A DNA stretch of 64,000 nucleotides from the IMG/VR virus record IMGVR_UViG_3300032030_000005, positions 32,001 through 96,000 of that record. One strand, 5' to 3'. The position numbers were made by a program, and so were the translations under genes. Each line of letters begins with the position of its first letter. Position 1 is the first letter of the stretch. Shown piece by piece: positions 39,311-50,346 of this stretch. The notes beneath the pieces were generated by a model that was given only the letters and a program-made list of their open reading frames with translations, was not told where the DNA came from and did no database searches. Origin of the DNA: a virus. Lineage: Duplodnaviria > Caudoviricetes.

Positions 39311-40081
39311 TTAATTTATACAATACTTTTTAATAACAAGATTCTGTACTTTATAAACCTTATTAGAATTAAATGCTAATTTAATCATATTATCCTTAAA
39401 ATTATCTCCATATGCAACATCTGTAAATAGATTATCTATAAATACTTTAGTACACCAGAAATTACATTCTTTCATAGGATCATTTTCAATCATTAATTCT
39501 AATATATCTTCTGCTAATAAATTATATGTCTTAATACTTTCTATATTATCTGTAAAGAAATAAATTTGATTTAAATAGTCATTTGGAATAACTCCTTTAA
39601 GATTAATGTAAGCCTGATTCTTAGTATCTACATCGGCTACAATAGGGAATTCCTTAATATTATTAATAAAATAATTATATAATAAACTTTCCATATTATC
39701 TTCAATATTATTTACTAAGAAATTATAAATCATATGAATATAATGAATTTTAGTATCAAATAATAAAGCTTCACTAAAAGTTATTTTAAAATCAAAATGT
39801 TGTTCTATTGATGTTAAAATATTAGTAGCCATTTCATCCATAATCTGTTCAAGTTCTGGGATAAAGTCTTCATTATCTTTATACTTCTCATGTAAAAAGT
39901 TATATTTCTGAATTATATTTTCAAAGCAATCCATACTATTCTTTGGTATTTCTGTTTCATCGAATAATTGAATTATTTGCTGTTCTATATTATCTAAAGA
40001 TAATTCTGAAGAAAGATTACTTAATATATCTCTCTGATCATAATTACTTAAACTAATATCTTCATTTCTTTCTAACATCAT
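39311..40081 (-). CDS. Hypothetical protein
   Basis: 256 aa; late-type promoter at 40113-40124. Confidence 0.6.
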   Translation of the reverse strand: MMLERNEDISLSNYDQRDILSNLSSELSLDNIEQQIIQLFDETEIPKNSMDCFENIIQKYNFLHEKYKDNEDFIPELEQIMDEMATNILTSIEQHFDFKITFSEALLFDTKIHYIHMIYNFLVNNIEDNMESLLYNYFINNIKEFPIVADVDTKNQAYINLKGVIPNDYLNQIYFFTDNIESIKTYNLLAEDILELMIENDPMKECNFWCTKVFIDNLFTDVAYGDNFKDNMIKLAFNSNKVYKVQNLVIKKYCIN

Positions 40082-40214
40082 AATAGTGTTCCACCTTTCA
40101 AAGAATTAAATTTATTAAAATGTTGTTTTTAATATATTAAAAAATAAATATATATTATAGTTGTGTTAAATTTTAAATATTTAAAATTAACGAATAATTT
40201 TAAAGGGGTAAGAA

Positions 40215-40505
40215 ATGATGGAAAAAGAAACAGCATTAAAAGTTAAAAGAATCATGTGTGACATGGAGGAGTTACGCAAGTTTACGGATATGGTATATTA
40301 TATTAACGATAATTCACCATATGAAGTAACGATGACTCTTAAGACAAAACTTACTGAAGAAGCAAATTCTGAAGTAAAAGAGGAAACAATCAGTATGATT
40401 TATCCTCACTTTACAAACAATGAAACATATGAGATGCTAAAGAGTCTCAAAGATCATTGTAACGCTAGAATTAAGGAATTGGAGGAAATCTTAGAGAAAA
40501 TTTAG
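40215..40505 (+). CDS. Hypothetical early protein
   Basis: Early-type promoter at 40150-40158. Confidence 0.6.
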   Translation: MMEKETALKVKRIMCDMEELRKFTDMVYYINDNSPYEVTMTLKTKLTEEANSEVKEETISMIYPHFTNNETYEMLKSLKDHCNARIKELEEILEKI

Positions 40506-40519
40506 AAAGGAAGGTAAAA

Positions 40520-40972
40520 ATGGTAATTATGATAATAGATCATAATAACATTAAAGATCTTCAAAATGGTTATGATTTTGAAGATCTTTTCATTGATGAT
40601 GAGGAAGATTATCAGTTACAGATAAATTTCTCTGAATTTGAAAAGAACGGTGTATCTAATAAACCATTAGCAATATTAGTTAAAAGATGCTATAACAGGC
40701 ATTTTACTATTAATGTAAAAATCGATGCAGAAACTACCTTGTATGTATTAAGAAAATACATGGACAAAACTGCATCAAGATTGATGTTCACTTTAAATTT
40801 AAATGACAAAAATTATAAATATACGATAGGAGATGAAACAGTGTATAATAAGTCTCATTTAAATTTAAATGAAGGATCTGAACTTATCTTAGATCCAAGG
40901 AAACATGTAATTAAAGTTCTTAATTTAAGTGAAGCTAACGAAGCTTTATTTAAATTAAATAGAACACTTTAA
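40520..40972 (+). CDS. Hypothetical protein with shared C-terminal module
   Basis: C-terminus LDPRKHVIKVLNLSEANEALFKLNRTL. Confidence 0.6.
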   Translation: MVIMIIDHNNIKDLQNGYDFEDLFIDDEEDYQLQINFSEFEKNGVSNKPLAILVKRCYNRHFTINVKIDAETTLYVLRKYMDKTASRLMFTLNLNDKNYKYTIGDETVYNKSHLNLNEGSELILDPRKHVIKVLNLSEANEALFKLNRTL

Positions 40973-41059
40973 TTAAATTAAAACTAAGAGATTATATAGT
41001 CTCTTAGTTTTTTTTTTGTAAATTTTTAATATAAAAATATAATTATATTAAAAAGGAGA

Positions 41060-41647
41060 GTGATTAAAATGGATGAAATCACATCAGTTGCATTACTACC
41101 TGATATAAAAGTTATTAAAGAAAAATTAAAAAATTTAGATAAAAAAGATATATATGATGTAGATAATTTATTATGGGATATTACAAAAGATCAATTATTA
41201 ACTTTTAAGAATATAGCTAAAGATGAAGAACAATATAATCAATTTATGAATGATAATATTGATTTAAAAGCTATGTTTACAGTTGATGCTTTGGCTGCAA
41301 TAACAAATGAAAAATTAGAAGAATATAGTCAATGTGAAGAATTTAAAGATACAGATTTAAGATTAAAGACAACTATATATATTGATAAAGATTTGAATAG
41401 ACATATAGATTTTACTACAGAAACTATAGAAGAAGTAGATTTAGATGATGACGATGGATATCCACCATTTAATGATATGATAGAAAAATGTATAACAAAT
41501 TTTTGTAGAGAAGCTTTATCTGAAGAATTAAGTGAAGAAGAACTTGAAGAATTTATAAATGATAGACTTGAAGATTATAAAGAAGAACCTTATTCACCAG
41601 AATGGTTAGAAGGTTTTATAGCCGGTTATTTTGAAAAAGAAGATTAA
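41060..41647 (+). CDS. Acidic hypothetical protein
   Basis: 195 aa, AAGGAG SD. Confidence 0.6.
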   Translation: MIKMDEITSVALLPDIKVIKEKLKNLDKKDIYDVDNLLWDITKDQLLTFKNIAKDEEQYNQFMNDNIDLKAMFTVDALAAITNEKLEEYSQCEEFKDTDLRLKTTIYIDKDLNRHIDFTTETIEEVDLDDDDGYPPFNDMIEKCITNFCREALSEELSEEELEEFINDRLEDYKEEPYSPEWLEGFIAGYFEKED

Positions 41648-41664
41648 AAAAGGTCCGTAAAGAG

Positions 41665-43002
41665 TTAAGACTCTTTACGGATTTTTAAATCTTGCATGAA
41701 TTTATCAAGTTCTTTTTCAGATAAACTATCTTCACCCATTAAATCATTAATCTTATTAACTATTCCCATATCAGCATAACATACAACTGTATATGTGGTA
41801 TTACTCATAGGATCTTTAGTTTTAAGAATGAATTCTTTTTCGTCAAAAGAATATACTTCAGGATCAACAAGCTTACCATTTATATATAAATCTATATCAA
41901 ATACTTTAGACATTTTAATCTTATATTTATTTAATAAATCACAAACTTTATGAACATTTGTTGGTAATACGGACTTAAGATCTAATTCATCATATTCAAC
42001 ATTAACTTCTGGTAGGAAGTTCCTTCTAAATAAAAGATTCCTTCTATTCTTGGTGTATGGAATATAATCTTCATTCATTATTAATGAGAATCTATACATA
42101 CCATCATCATAATCTTCTGGTTGTTGTAATTTAATATTCTTAAATCTTTCCATATTATCTAATTCCATAATAAATGTAGCCGGTGTCCATAATTCAGCAG
42201 TAATACTATATTCAATTTGTGAATTTTGAATAACGTTCTGTCTAAGATTTCTGTTATTATTAGACATATCAGGATAATTAACTAAAATATTAGCTGGATA
42301 CTTAAACATAAAACGATCATTACCAGTTGACAAATCTTTAGTTAAATAAATACCATTATATGAATACTGCATCATAAAATCTTCCATACGTTCCTTATCA
42401 GCTGGATCTGACAAGTCATAATTTAATCTATTTGCAATATTACTAATAATAAATGGAGGAACTTGTGTCTGTAAGAATATCTTATTTAAAAAGAAATATC
42501 CATTAGTCTGAAAGTTCTGATCTATATATGATAAACAATTCCAACCCTGTAATTCAGAATTAACTCTAATACCAATTCTAAACTGTATTTTAGTTCTCTT
42601 AAATGAATTAAATATTCTTATACCAGTAGATTCATCTTCAAATATTAGATTATAATTCTTTTTAAGTTTCTTTAAATATATCCATGAAGTATCTGTAAAT
42701 AATAGTGGTAATTGACCCATATAACCTTCTGATAAATCAAATTGAGGTTGCACAAATAAATATGGTCTCTTTTTAGGTTCAAAATAATCTTTTTGAATAG
42801 CACTTGCTGCCATTGTAGTAGATATATATGTTTCTTTAAAATATTTATCTGGAAATTTAGATTTAAAATATTCAGTCATATAACTTGTTACAGAACCTAT
42901 AATAGATGATAAGGCATTAGAAGAACTACAAACAGAAATAGTACTATATGTTTGATTTACTATTTGCTCTTCTCTACCCGGATCTCCAAATGTAATATTC
43001 AC
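41665..43002 (-). CDS. Putative virion structural protein
   Basis: 445 aa; late-type promoter at 43028-43039. Confidence 0.5.
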   Translation of the reverse strand: MNITFGDPGREEQIVNQTYSTISVCSSSNALSSIIGSVTSYMTEYFKSKFPDKYFKETYISTTMAASAIQKDYFEPKKRPYLFVQPQFDLSEGYMGQLPLLFTDTSWIYLKKLKKNYNLIFEDESTGIRIFNSFKRTKIQFRIGIRVNSELQGWNCLSYIDQNFQTNGYFFLNKIFLQTQVPPFIISNIANRLNYDLSDPADKERMEDFMMQYSYNGIYLTKDLSTGNDRFMFKYPANILVNYPDMSNNNRNLRQNVIQNSQIEYSITAELWTPATFIMELDNMERFKNIKLQQPEDYDDGMYRFSLIMNEDYIPYTKNRRNLLFRRNFLPEVNVEYDELDLKSVLPTNVHKVCDLLNKYKIKMSKVFDIDLYINGKLVDPEVYSFDEKEFILKTKDPMSNTTYTVVCYADMGIVNKINDLMGEDSLSEKELDKFMQDLKIRKES

Positions 43003-43113
43003 AATAACACTTCCTTTCTTTAAATAATAAATGGATGTTAAATTTATATAATTTATTATTAAATATTTAATTTAACAAATAAATAATTAATACTTTAATA
43101 AGTAGGTGATATT

Positions 43114-43578
43114 ATGGAAAATGAAGAAAATAAAACAGAAGTATTAGATGTAACATTAGTTGATCCATATGAACATGTAGATGTAATAAGTGATACATTC
43201 TATGAAGGTAAAGAAAAAGCAACTGTATCAGATATAGAATATATGTGTAATTTTATAGCTAATAATATTGGATGTGAATATTGTCCATTAAAAGTTAGTA
43301 ATAAAATTTGTCCATTTGCTTTATTACTTAAAAAGTATGGTACATATACAGAAATCAATAAAGAAATTTTAAAATGGTTATCTGAAAATCCACCAACAAG
43401 TTATTTAATGGATATTAGAGAGAAAATGCCAAATGTTGTAATTGATTCAAATTATAATATTCCTAATTTCTGTGTTAAAGATATCTATGGTAATGATTGC
43501 TGCGAATGCTGTAAATCAGATAATGTATTTGATAAAGCAGATATGTACTGTAGGAAATGCTGGAGACAACCAATGTAA
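43114..43578 (+). CDS. Cys-rich hypothetical protein
   Basis: CEYCP, CCECC and CRKCW clusters. Confidence 0.6.
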   Translation: MENEENKTEVLDVTLVDPYEHVDVISDTFYEGKEKATVSDIEYMCNFIANNIGCEYCPLKVSNKICPFALLLKKYGTYTEINKEILKWLSENPPTSYLMDIREKMPNVVIDSNYNIPNFCVKDIYGNDCCECCKSDNVFDKADMYCRKCWRQPM

Positions 43579-43620
43579 AAATAATAAACCCTTAAGAGAT
43601 ATACTCTTAAGGGTTTATTT

Positions 43621-44304
43621 TTAAATATTCGTTCTTCCAGTATGTGTATGATTGATATATCCATTAATAATATCATTAGCAGATTCTTTTACAATAGCAT
43701 CTATATATTCTTTTAATGAAACATAATTAGACACTAATTCATCATTATTACCATTAATAAATGAATTGATATTATCAATATCTTCATGTATGCTTTCAAG
43801 TTCTGAATCTATATTATCAATTGTACTAATCTTTTTATCTTTAAACTTATAAATTGGATTATTTACATTTGTTGTTTTTTCTTCATCTAATTCAATGATA
43901 TTATTTAATATAGTATTATTTTGTTTAACTATTGAAGAAGTTTCATTGACATTTAAATTTTTATTTAAATTCATCAATACAAGATAATCTACTGGATCCA
44001 TAAGACCATAGTCACTATTAGATACTTTTTCATCAGCAGAAACAGCTCTTGATCTTAAGAAAGTATCTGAACTATTAAAGAATACTTGAGTTTCTCCACC
44101 TTGAATTCTTAATAATATAGCTCTATTAGCACCTTCAGCGTCATTATTATTATCTACAACAAATGCTATATAGTTCTCGTATTGAGATTCTAAACTAATA
44201 ATTTGATCTTCAAGATACTCTTTAAATTCTTCAGCTGTTTTAGTTCTAGTAGCTGTACTATCAGTAATTATTTTAAAGTTAATAGTTGTATCTGTTGTTG
44301 CCAT
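43621..44304 (-). CDS. Hypothetical protein, possibly spike-associated
   Basis: Follows the gp5-OB gene and ends in NHTH, a motif typical of iron-binding spike tips. Confidence 0.4.
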   Translation of the reverse strand: MATTDTTINFKIITDSTATRTKTAEEFKEYLEDQIISLESQYENYIAFVVDNNNDAEGANRAILLRIQGGETQVFFNSSDTFLRSRAVSADEKVSNSDYGLMDPVDYLVLMNLNKNLNVNETSSIVKQNNTILNNIIELDEEKTTNVNNPIYKFKDKKISTIDNIDSELESIHEDIDNINSFINGNNDELVSNYVSLKEYIDAIVKESANDIINGYINHTHTGRTNI

Positions 44305-44320
44305 TTATATCATCCTCTCG

Positions 44321-44842
44321 TCAAGTAATAAATTCCCATGTAATTTTATCTGTAGTATTTGAGTCATCTCTAGCATTAGATGTTCTAATAATATCTATAG
44401 ACTCACCATCACTAAATTTAACTGCCTCACCATCAGATAGAAATACAGTATTAGTATATACACAGTTATTAGGATTATTATTAAAGAAAGATACTATTAC
44501 TTTCTGTCCTACTCCAGGTTTAGTACTTTTAATAAAATCCGTTTTAGATTCATTTAAAAAATGTCGTTCAATTAATATTCTTGCATATAAATATTCTTGC
44601 TTATTTATTCTTGTAGTAATATTAAGATCTTCATTATTAAGAATATGACTTTTAGATAATTCTACTGTATTATCTATATTTTTAATAGATGGAGTATAGT
44701 TATATCCAAATAATTCAGGTATAAATACTTTTATCATTAAAGTATCTTCATATTCAGAATTATCTAATACATATCCGATATATTCTCCACTAAAATCAAA
44801 TTGATGTATAACTTTATTATCAAATAAACCAAAGTGTTCCAT
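44321..44842 (-). CDS. Baseplate spike OB-fold protein (gp5/VgrG N-terminal-like)
   Basis: YIGYVLDN...IKVFIPEL...PGVGQKVIVSFFNNNPNN. Late-type promoter at 44861-44872. Confidence 0.65.
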   Translation of the reverse strand: MEHFGLFDNKVIHQFDFSGEYIGYVLDNSEYEDTLMIKVFIPELFGYNYTPSIKNIDNTVELSKSHILNNEDLNITTRINKQEYLYARILIERHFLNESKTDFIKSTKPGVGQKVIVSFFNNNPNNCVYTNTVFLSDGEAVKFSDGESIDIIRTSNARDDSNTTDKITWEFIT

Positions 44843-44938
44843 AATATTTTCACCACCGTATAATTTTAAGTTATTTATATATTTATATATTATATATATG
44901 TTAAATTTAAATATTATATTTAAAGGAGGTTAATATCA

Positions 44939-46216
44939 ATGATAAATTTAACAGAAGAACAAGCAAAAGCAGTAGATGCAATAGCTAAATGGTATTATTT
45001 TAAAAATAATGAACCGTTAGTTGTAGTGGGTGCTGGAGGAACTGGTAAGAGTTCTATTATATCAACATTTATTGAGATTCTGGGGCTATCTAGTTTTACT
45101 ACAGCATTTGTTACATTTACTGGTAAAGCTGCATCAGTATTAATTAAAAAAGGTAATAAAAGAGCTAAGACAATTCATCAGTTAATCTATGATCCGGAAT
45201 TAGATAAAGATGGAAACATCATAGGATTTAAGAAAAAACAACGATTAACTGAAGCATTAAATTTAATAGTTGTTGATGAATATTATATGGTTGATGATGC
45301 TATAATGACTGACATTTTATCATATGGTGTTCCAGTAATATGTTTAGGAGATAAATATCAATTACCTCCACCAAGTGGTAAAATTAATTCATTAGCTAAA
45401 AGAAAACCTGATATTGAATTAACACAGATATTAAGACAAGCAAAAGATAGTCCTATAATCTATTTAGCCACAAAAGCCAGAAATCATGAAAGAATACGAG
45501 TTGGAAATTATGGTGATAATGTAAGAGTTATCAGCAAAGATTCTTTAACATCTGAAGATTTAAAATTTATGATGACTGCAGATCAGATTATTTGTGGAAA
45601 GAATGATACTGTCAAGAAGTTAAATAACTTTTATAGAAGAAAATTCTTGAAGATAGATCCTGAATTAACATTACCTCAGTTAGGAGAAAAATTAATCTGT
45701 TTAAGAAATAACTGGAATATCAAATTTAACGTAAATAATTTTGATATAAATTTGGTTAATGGTTTAGGATTAAAATATATAAAACATTCAGCTTTTGATG
45801 GACCAGATTATAATAAATTTGATGAGTGTGGTTCATTTTATGCTGTACCTGATTTTGCAGAACCATCAGATATAACTATATCAAATATTAGTCTTATTCA
45901 TTATGATGGTTTAGCTTTTAAATATGGATTATTTAGTGATGCAGAAATTAAAGATGAAAAGAATATAGCTGAATATGGATATGCTGAAGTATTAAAGAAA
46001 AGAAAATATTTTGGTAGTATGAATAAGTCTGCTTATAATAATTATAATTTATTAAATTATGGTTATGCAATCACTACTCATAAATCTCAGGGTTCTTCAT
46101 GGAATAAGGTATTTTTATTATTTGAACCATTTTCTTCACCAAGTAAAGATCTTTACTGGCAGCAATTATATACGGGTATATCTCGTGCAGAAACCGAATT
46201 AGTCTTAGCGATTTAA
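44939..46216 (+). CDS. SF1B helicase, Dda/RecD2-like
   Basis: GAGGTGKS, VVDE, GDKYQLPP and YAITTHKSQGSSW motifs. Confidence 0.9.
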   Translation: MINLTEEQAKAVDAIAKWYYFKNNEPLVVVGAGGTGKSSIISTFIEILGLSSFTTAFVTFTGKAASVLIKKGNKRAKTIHQLIYDPELDKDGNIIGFKKKQRLTEALNLIVVDEYYMVDDAIMTDILSYGVPVICLGDKYQLPPPSGKINSLAKRKPDIELTQILRQAKDSPIIYLATKARNHERIRVGNYGDNVRVISKDSLTSEDLKFMMTADQIICGKNDTVKKLNNFYRRKFLKIDPELTLPQLGEKLICLRNNWNIKFNVNNFDINLVNGLGLKYIKHSAFDGPDYNKFDECGSFYAVPDFAEPSDITISNISLIHYDGLAFKYGLFSDAEIKDEKNIAEYGYAEVLKKRKYFGSMNKSAYNNYNLLNYGYAITTHKSQGSSWNKVFLLFEPFSSPSKDLYWQQLYTGISRAETELVLAI

Positions 46217-46266
46217 AATTTAAATTTTGGTGAAAACATAAAATTACAAGGAGGGAAAAGAAAATT

Positions 46267-47523
46267 ATGGGTATTATTAATGAAGATTTAATTAAAATGA
46301 AAGAATTAAAATATATTGAAGAAGAAAAAATAAATAAAATAAAAGAATTCTTTGATATAATGTATAACAAAACAAAAAATATACCAATCTATAAAGCTAC
46401 ATTAAAAAATATAGATTGGAATAATTTAGATACTCCAGATGTTAAAAATTTAATACATTTCTTTGAAGATTGGATGGTAGTATCTAAAGAATCAGATGGT
46501 ATTATACCATTATCATTTATTACAACTAAAAATAAAAAATATAAATGTGAAATATGTGGAAAAGAAAATGAAGATATTATAAAGGTATCTAATATACAAG
46601 TACCAAGATGTAAAACATATATAAATCTCTGCCCTAAATGTACAGAAATATTAAAACCAGATGGATTACATGGTAGTAACACGATTTTATATAAACATTC
46701 TTTGGATTATTTAAAAGAATACAAAGAACGTATACCAGAGTTAAAGAAAAATCCTATTTATAAAATAATTAAAACTCTGATTGATGATAATTTCAAGTTA
46801 CTTAAAGATACAGAATATCTTGATGAATATAGATCAATATTAATTAATTATAGTAGTGCTATATTTAATTATCTTATATTAGAAGAAGATTTAGACAAGA
46901 TTTCAGATGAGGATTTCTTAGTTATTAAAGAATTCATGAATACTTACAATTTTATGTCTAAATTAAATGATAATCTAGATTTACCTATATTTATGATTCA
47001 GGCAGCTAATTTAGCTACAAGTTCAGAAACTTATTTAGGTAAATTTAAAATGATAGATCTACATATACTCGCCAATGAAGAAAATGATTTATATACAACT
47101 TTAAAAGAAGCAAACGATCTTACTAAAATATTTAATAGCTTTTATAAAGAAAAATCTATTGGTGGACGATATTCAATAGGTAGATTTATTAGAAATAGAT
47201 GTGGTAGAGATGAGAATAATTATCTTGTACCAAACGAGAAAGACATGTATGCATTAATACTGACTATAGGTGTTGATAGTTCATTAATTGAATATATCAA
47301 ATATGATATCAATCCAAGAAGTGGACCTTACCTTATAGAACATTATAAAAATTATGTAGAAAAACTTTATGAACTTAAATATGAAAAACAAGACGATAGT
47401 GAGTTTGGAAAATTAATAGAAAATATATATAAGAACTCATTATCGATTGAAATACCAGAAAGAGCTGAAAAGAGTGCTAAGAGAAAGAAACATAAACAAC
47501 GTTCAGCTTTTCAGCCATCGTAA
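46267..47523 (+). CDS. Hypothetical protein with Zn ribbon
   Basis: CEICG...LCPKC. Confidence 0.55.
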   Translation: MGIINEDLIKMKELKYIEEEKINKIKEFFDIMYNKTKNIPIYKATLKNIDWNNLDTPDVKNLIHFFEDWMVVSKESDGIIPLSFITTKNKKYKCEICGKENEDIIKVSNIQVPRCKTYINLCPKCTEILKPDGLHGSNTILYKHSLDYLKEYKERIPELKKNPIYKIIKTLIDDNFKLLKDTEYLDEYRSILINYSSAIFNYLILEEDLDKISDEDFLVIKEFMNTYNFMSKLNDNLDLPIFMIQAANLATSSETYLGKFKMIDLHILANEENDLYTTLKEANDLTKIFNSFYKEKSIGGRYSIGRFIRNRCGRDENNYLVPNEKDMYALILTIGVDSSLIEYIKYDINPRSGPYLIEHYKNYVEKLYELKYEKQDDSEFGKLIENIYKNSLSIEIPERAEKSAKRKKHKQRSAFQPS

Positions 47524-47587
47524 ATTAATAATAAAGACTCTTATATCTTAGTATATAAGAGTCTTTAATTTTTTAGGAGGAAGTTTT

Positions 47588-47914
47588 ATGTTTTTTAAAA
47601 AGAAAGAAAAGATTAAGTATTATTATTTAACTAAAGCTTGGTATGATAATAGTAGTGGTGGATTTTGTGCTACAAGCCTCTTTATAGATTCTAACAAAGC
47701 TGTTGAATGGAAGAATAATAGCTTTAGAAAAGGAGCTAAGGCTGTATGTATTGAATTCTATGAATTATATTCAGATAAGAAATCACAGGATTTAAAATAT
47801 CAGGGTTCTGAGACTATGGATCTTACTGAATGGACAGAAATGATGGAAAGAACTGAAATAGAATTAACCGCAGCTCAGAAGGCTGGCTTGAATCATTTTA
47901 AGCCTTTAAAATAA
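47588..47914 (+). CDS. Hypothetical protein
   Basis: AGGAGG SD; 108 aa. Confidence 0.6.
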   Translation: MFFKKKEKIKYYYLTKAWYDNSSGGFCATSLFIDSNKAVEWKNNSFRKGAKAVCIEFYELYSDKKSQDLKYQGSETMDLTEWTEMMERTEIELTAAQKAGLNHFKPLK

Positions 47915-47966
47915 TTATATATTATAATATAGTCTATAAGACAATATTTATATTAGGAGGAATAAC

Positions 47967-50342
47967 ATGTCTAAGAAAATTAATGATGATTATAATGAGG
48001 AATCCATAACACAATTGGATTATCCAATTAATATTCAGAAAAAACCAACTATGTATATTGGTGATATAAGAACTATTGGATGCACTCATTTAGTTAGAGA
48101 GGTTTTAGACAATAGCGTTGATGAATGTCTCAATGGATATGGTAATTGTATTACAATTAATATATCTAATAAAAATGGCTCTTGCTCAGTAGAAGATGAA
48201 GGTCGTGGAATACCACCTAAAGCAATTGAGAAAGCTTTCTGTAACTTACACGCATCAGGTAAGTTTAATAACAAAGAGTATTCTGCCTCTGCAGGTACTA
48301 ATGGTGTTGGCACAACAGCCGTTAACGCTCTGTCAAAGTCATTTATAGTTGAATCTGTAAGAGAACATACTGCGTATGTACAGAAGTTCTCAGATGGTTT
48401 AGCGATAACTAAATTAACAAAGACAGGTACTAAAAAGAAAGAATCGGGTACAATAGTATACTTTGAACCAAATAAGAAGTTTATGAAGGAAGTAAACTTT
48501 GATATTGATGTTCTTAAGGATGAATTATCTTCTAAAGTATATGTACTTAAAGGTATTAAATTAGTGCTTAATAATGAAGATACTAAAGAAAAATTTGAGT
48601 ATCTTTCAAAAAATGGCTTAAGTGATTATATTAAGGCATGTAACAAAGAGCCTATATCATCTTCTATTAAACTTAATAAAAATATTCCATTTAAATATAT
48701 TGATGAAGATGATAATGAAATTGATTTAACATATAATGTCGATATGGAATTTTCTTATGATAAGAAATCTCATACAGATATTATATCATTTTGTAACTCT
48801 TTATGTATGAAAGATGGTGGTATTCAGGAAGTAGCATTTAGAACCACTTTAACAAAATTCTTCAAGAAGTATATTAAAGAAAATAATTTATTAACAAAGA
48901 AAGATGAAAAGCTTCTTGATAAGATAAGTGGTGAACATGTTTGTGATGGTTTAGTAGCTATCATTTCTATTAAGCATCCTATGCCGGAATTCCAAAATCA
49001 GACAAAACAGCAGCTTCGTAACGCTGAACTTAATAAAATATCTACATATGTAAACGAAGCTCTCGAAGAATTTGCAGCAGAAAATCCTAAAGAAGTTAAG
49101 AATATCTGCAATAAGATAATTTTAAGTGTAAAAGCCTTTGAAGCTGCGAAGAATGCCAGAGAAAGTGTTCAGAAGAAGGGTGAAAATCAGTTCTCTATAG
49201 TAAGTGATTTAAGTAAGTTAGCTAACTGTATATCTAAGGATATTTCTGTAAATGAAATATTTATTACTGAAGGACGTTCAGCATCTGGAACCGCTAAAGA
49301 CGCTAGAGATAAATATACTCAGGCTATATATGGATTAAGAGGTAAAATGCTTAATACTATAAATACTGAAGCCCCTGCAGTATTAGCAAACAAGGAATGT
49401 GCAGATTTAGCATATATACTAACTGGCCAGAAAAATGCCATAGACGATAAATTTGATATATCATTATTAAAATATGGTAAGATAATTATGTTATGTGATG
49501 CCGACTTTGATGGTCTTCATATTGTAATATTAGGTACTACTTATATATTTGAACATATGAAGCCTATTATTGAAGAAGGACATTTTTATGTGGCAATTCC
49601 ACCACTATATTCAATTATAGAGAAAGGAAAAAAGAGATATTTTGTAGATCAGGAAGAATATGATAATTATATCTATAAGAAAATTCTTGAATCATATTCA
49701 TTCGTTGATGAAAATGAAAAGTCATTAAATAAGAAAATAAAAGTAATCTTTAATAAATATGATATGTTATCATCACATATAAATCTTTACTCATTAACAA
49801 ATATTGGTCTAAGTAAACAGTTCTTACTCGATTTATTAGACTATTGTGTTGATGAAGGAGATATAGACGAAAAGACTATTAAGACATTTATTAAAGATTG
49901 TGATAATATAAAATTTAATAAAGATAAAAAGATATATAATGGCTTCTATGGAGACGATTATGTATCTTTTGAATTTGATAAGTTAATTAAATTCACTGAA
50001 GAAACTGTAGAATATATCGAAAATAATAAAATACCTATTGGCGATATATACTATGGTGACAAAAACAGCAATGAATATTCAGCATTTACAATTAGTGAAT
50101 ACATAGAATTAATCTATAATGTAACACCAAAGAGCCGTACAAGGTTAAAGGGTCTTGGAGAAATGGATGCTGATGAATTAAAAGAAACAACTCTTGATGT
50201 TGAGAAGCGTAATCTCTATCGAGTAACAATTGAAGATGTTGAGAGAGCTAAGGAAGCTATGAATAATTTCATGGATAGCAATTCTAAGTATGTAGCATTC
50301 AGAAAAGCTATACTTTTAAATAGTAAGAGAGTGGAGGATTAA
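47967..50342 (+). CDS. gyrB: Type IIA topoisomerase/gyrase subunit B
   Basis: KPTMYIG, EVLDNSVDE, DEGRGIP, LHASGKF, EGRSA, LRGKMLN, DADFDGLHI, LKGLGEM motifs. Confidence 0.95.
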   Translation: MSKKINDDYNEESITQLDYPINIQKKPTMYIGDIRTIGCTHLVREVLDNSVDECLNGYGNCITINISNKNGSCSVEDEGRGIPPKAIEKAFCNLHASGKFNNKEYSASAGTNGVGTTAVNALSKSFIVESVREHTAYVQKFSDGLAITKLTKTGTKKKESGTIVYFEPNKKFMKEVNFDIDVLKDELSSKVYVLKGIKLVLNNEDTKEKFEYLSKNGLSDYIKACNKEPISSSIKLNKNIPFKYIDEDDNEIDLTYNVDMEFSYDKKSHTDIISFCNSLCMKDGGIQEVAFRTTLTKFFKKYIKENNLLTKKDEKLLDKISGEHVCDGLVAIISIKHPMPEFQNQTKQQLRNAELNKISTYVNEALEEFAAENPKEVKNICNKIILSVKAFEAAKNARESVQKKGENQFSIVSDLSKLANCISKDISVNEIFITEGRSASGTAKDARDKYTQAIYGLRGKMLNTINTEAPAVLANKECADLAYILTGQKNAIDDKFDISLLKYGKIIMLCDADFDGLHIVILGTTYIFEHMKPIIEEGHFYVAIPPLYSIIEKGKKRYFVDQEEYDNYIYKKILESYSFVDENEKSLNKKIKVIFNKYDMLSSHINLYSLTNIGLSKQFLLDLLDYCVDEGDIDEKTIKTFIKDCDNIKFNKDKKIYNGFYGDDYVSFEFDKLIKFTEETVEYIENNKIPIGDIYYGDKNSNEYSAFTISEYIELIYNVTPKSRTRLKGLGEMDADELKETTLDVEKRNLYRVTIEDVERAKEAMNNFMDSNSKYVAFRKAILLNSKRVED

Positions 50343-50346
50343 TATA

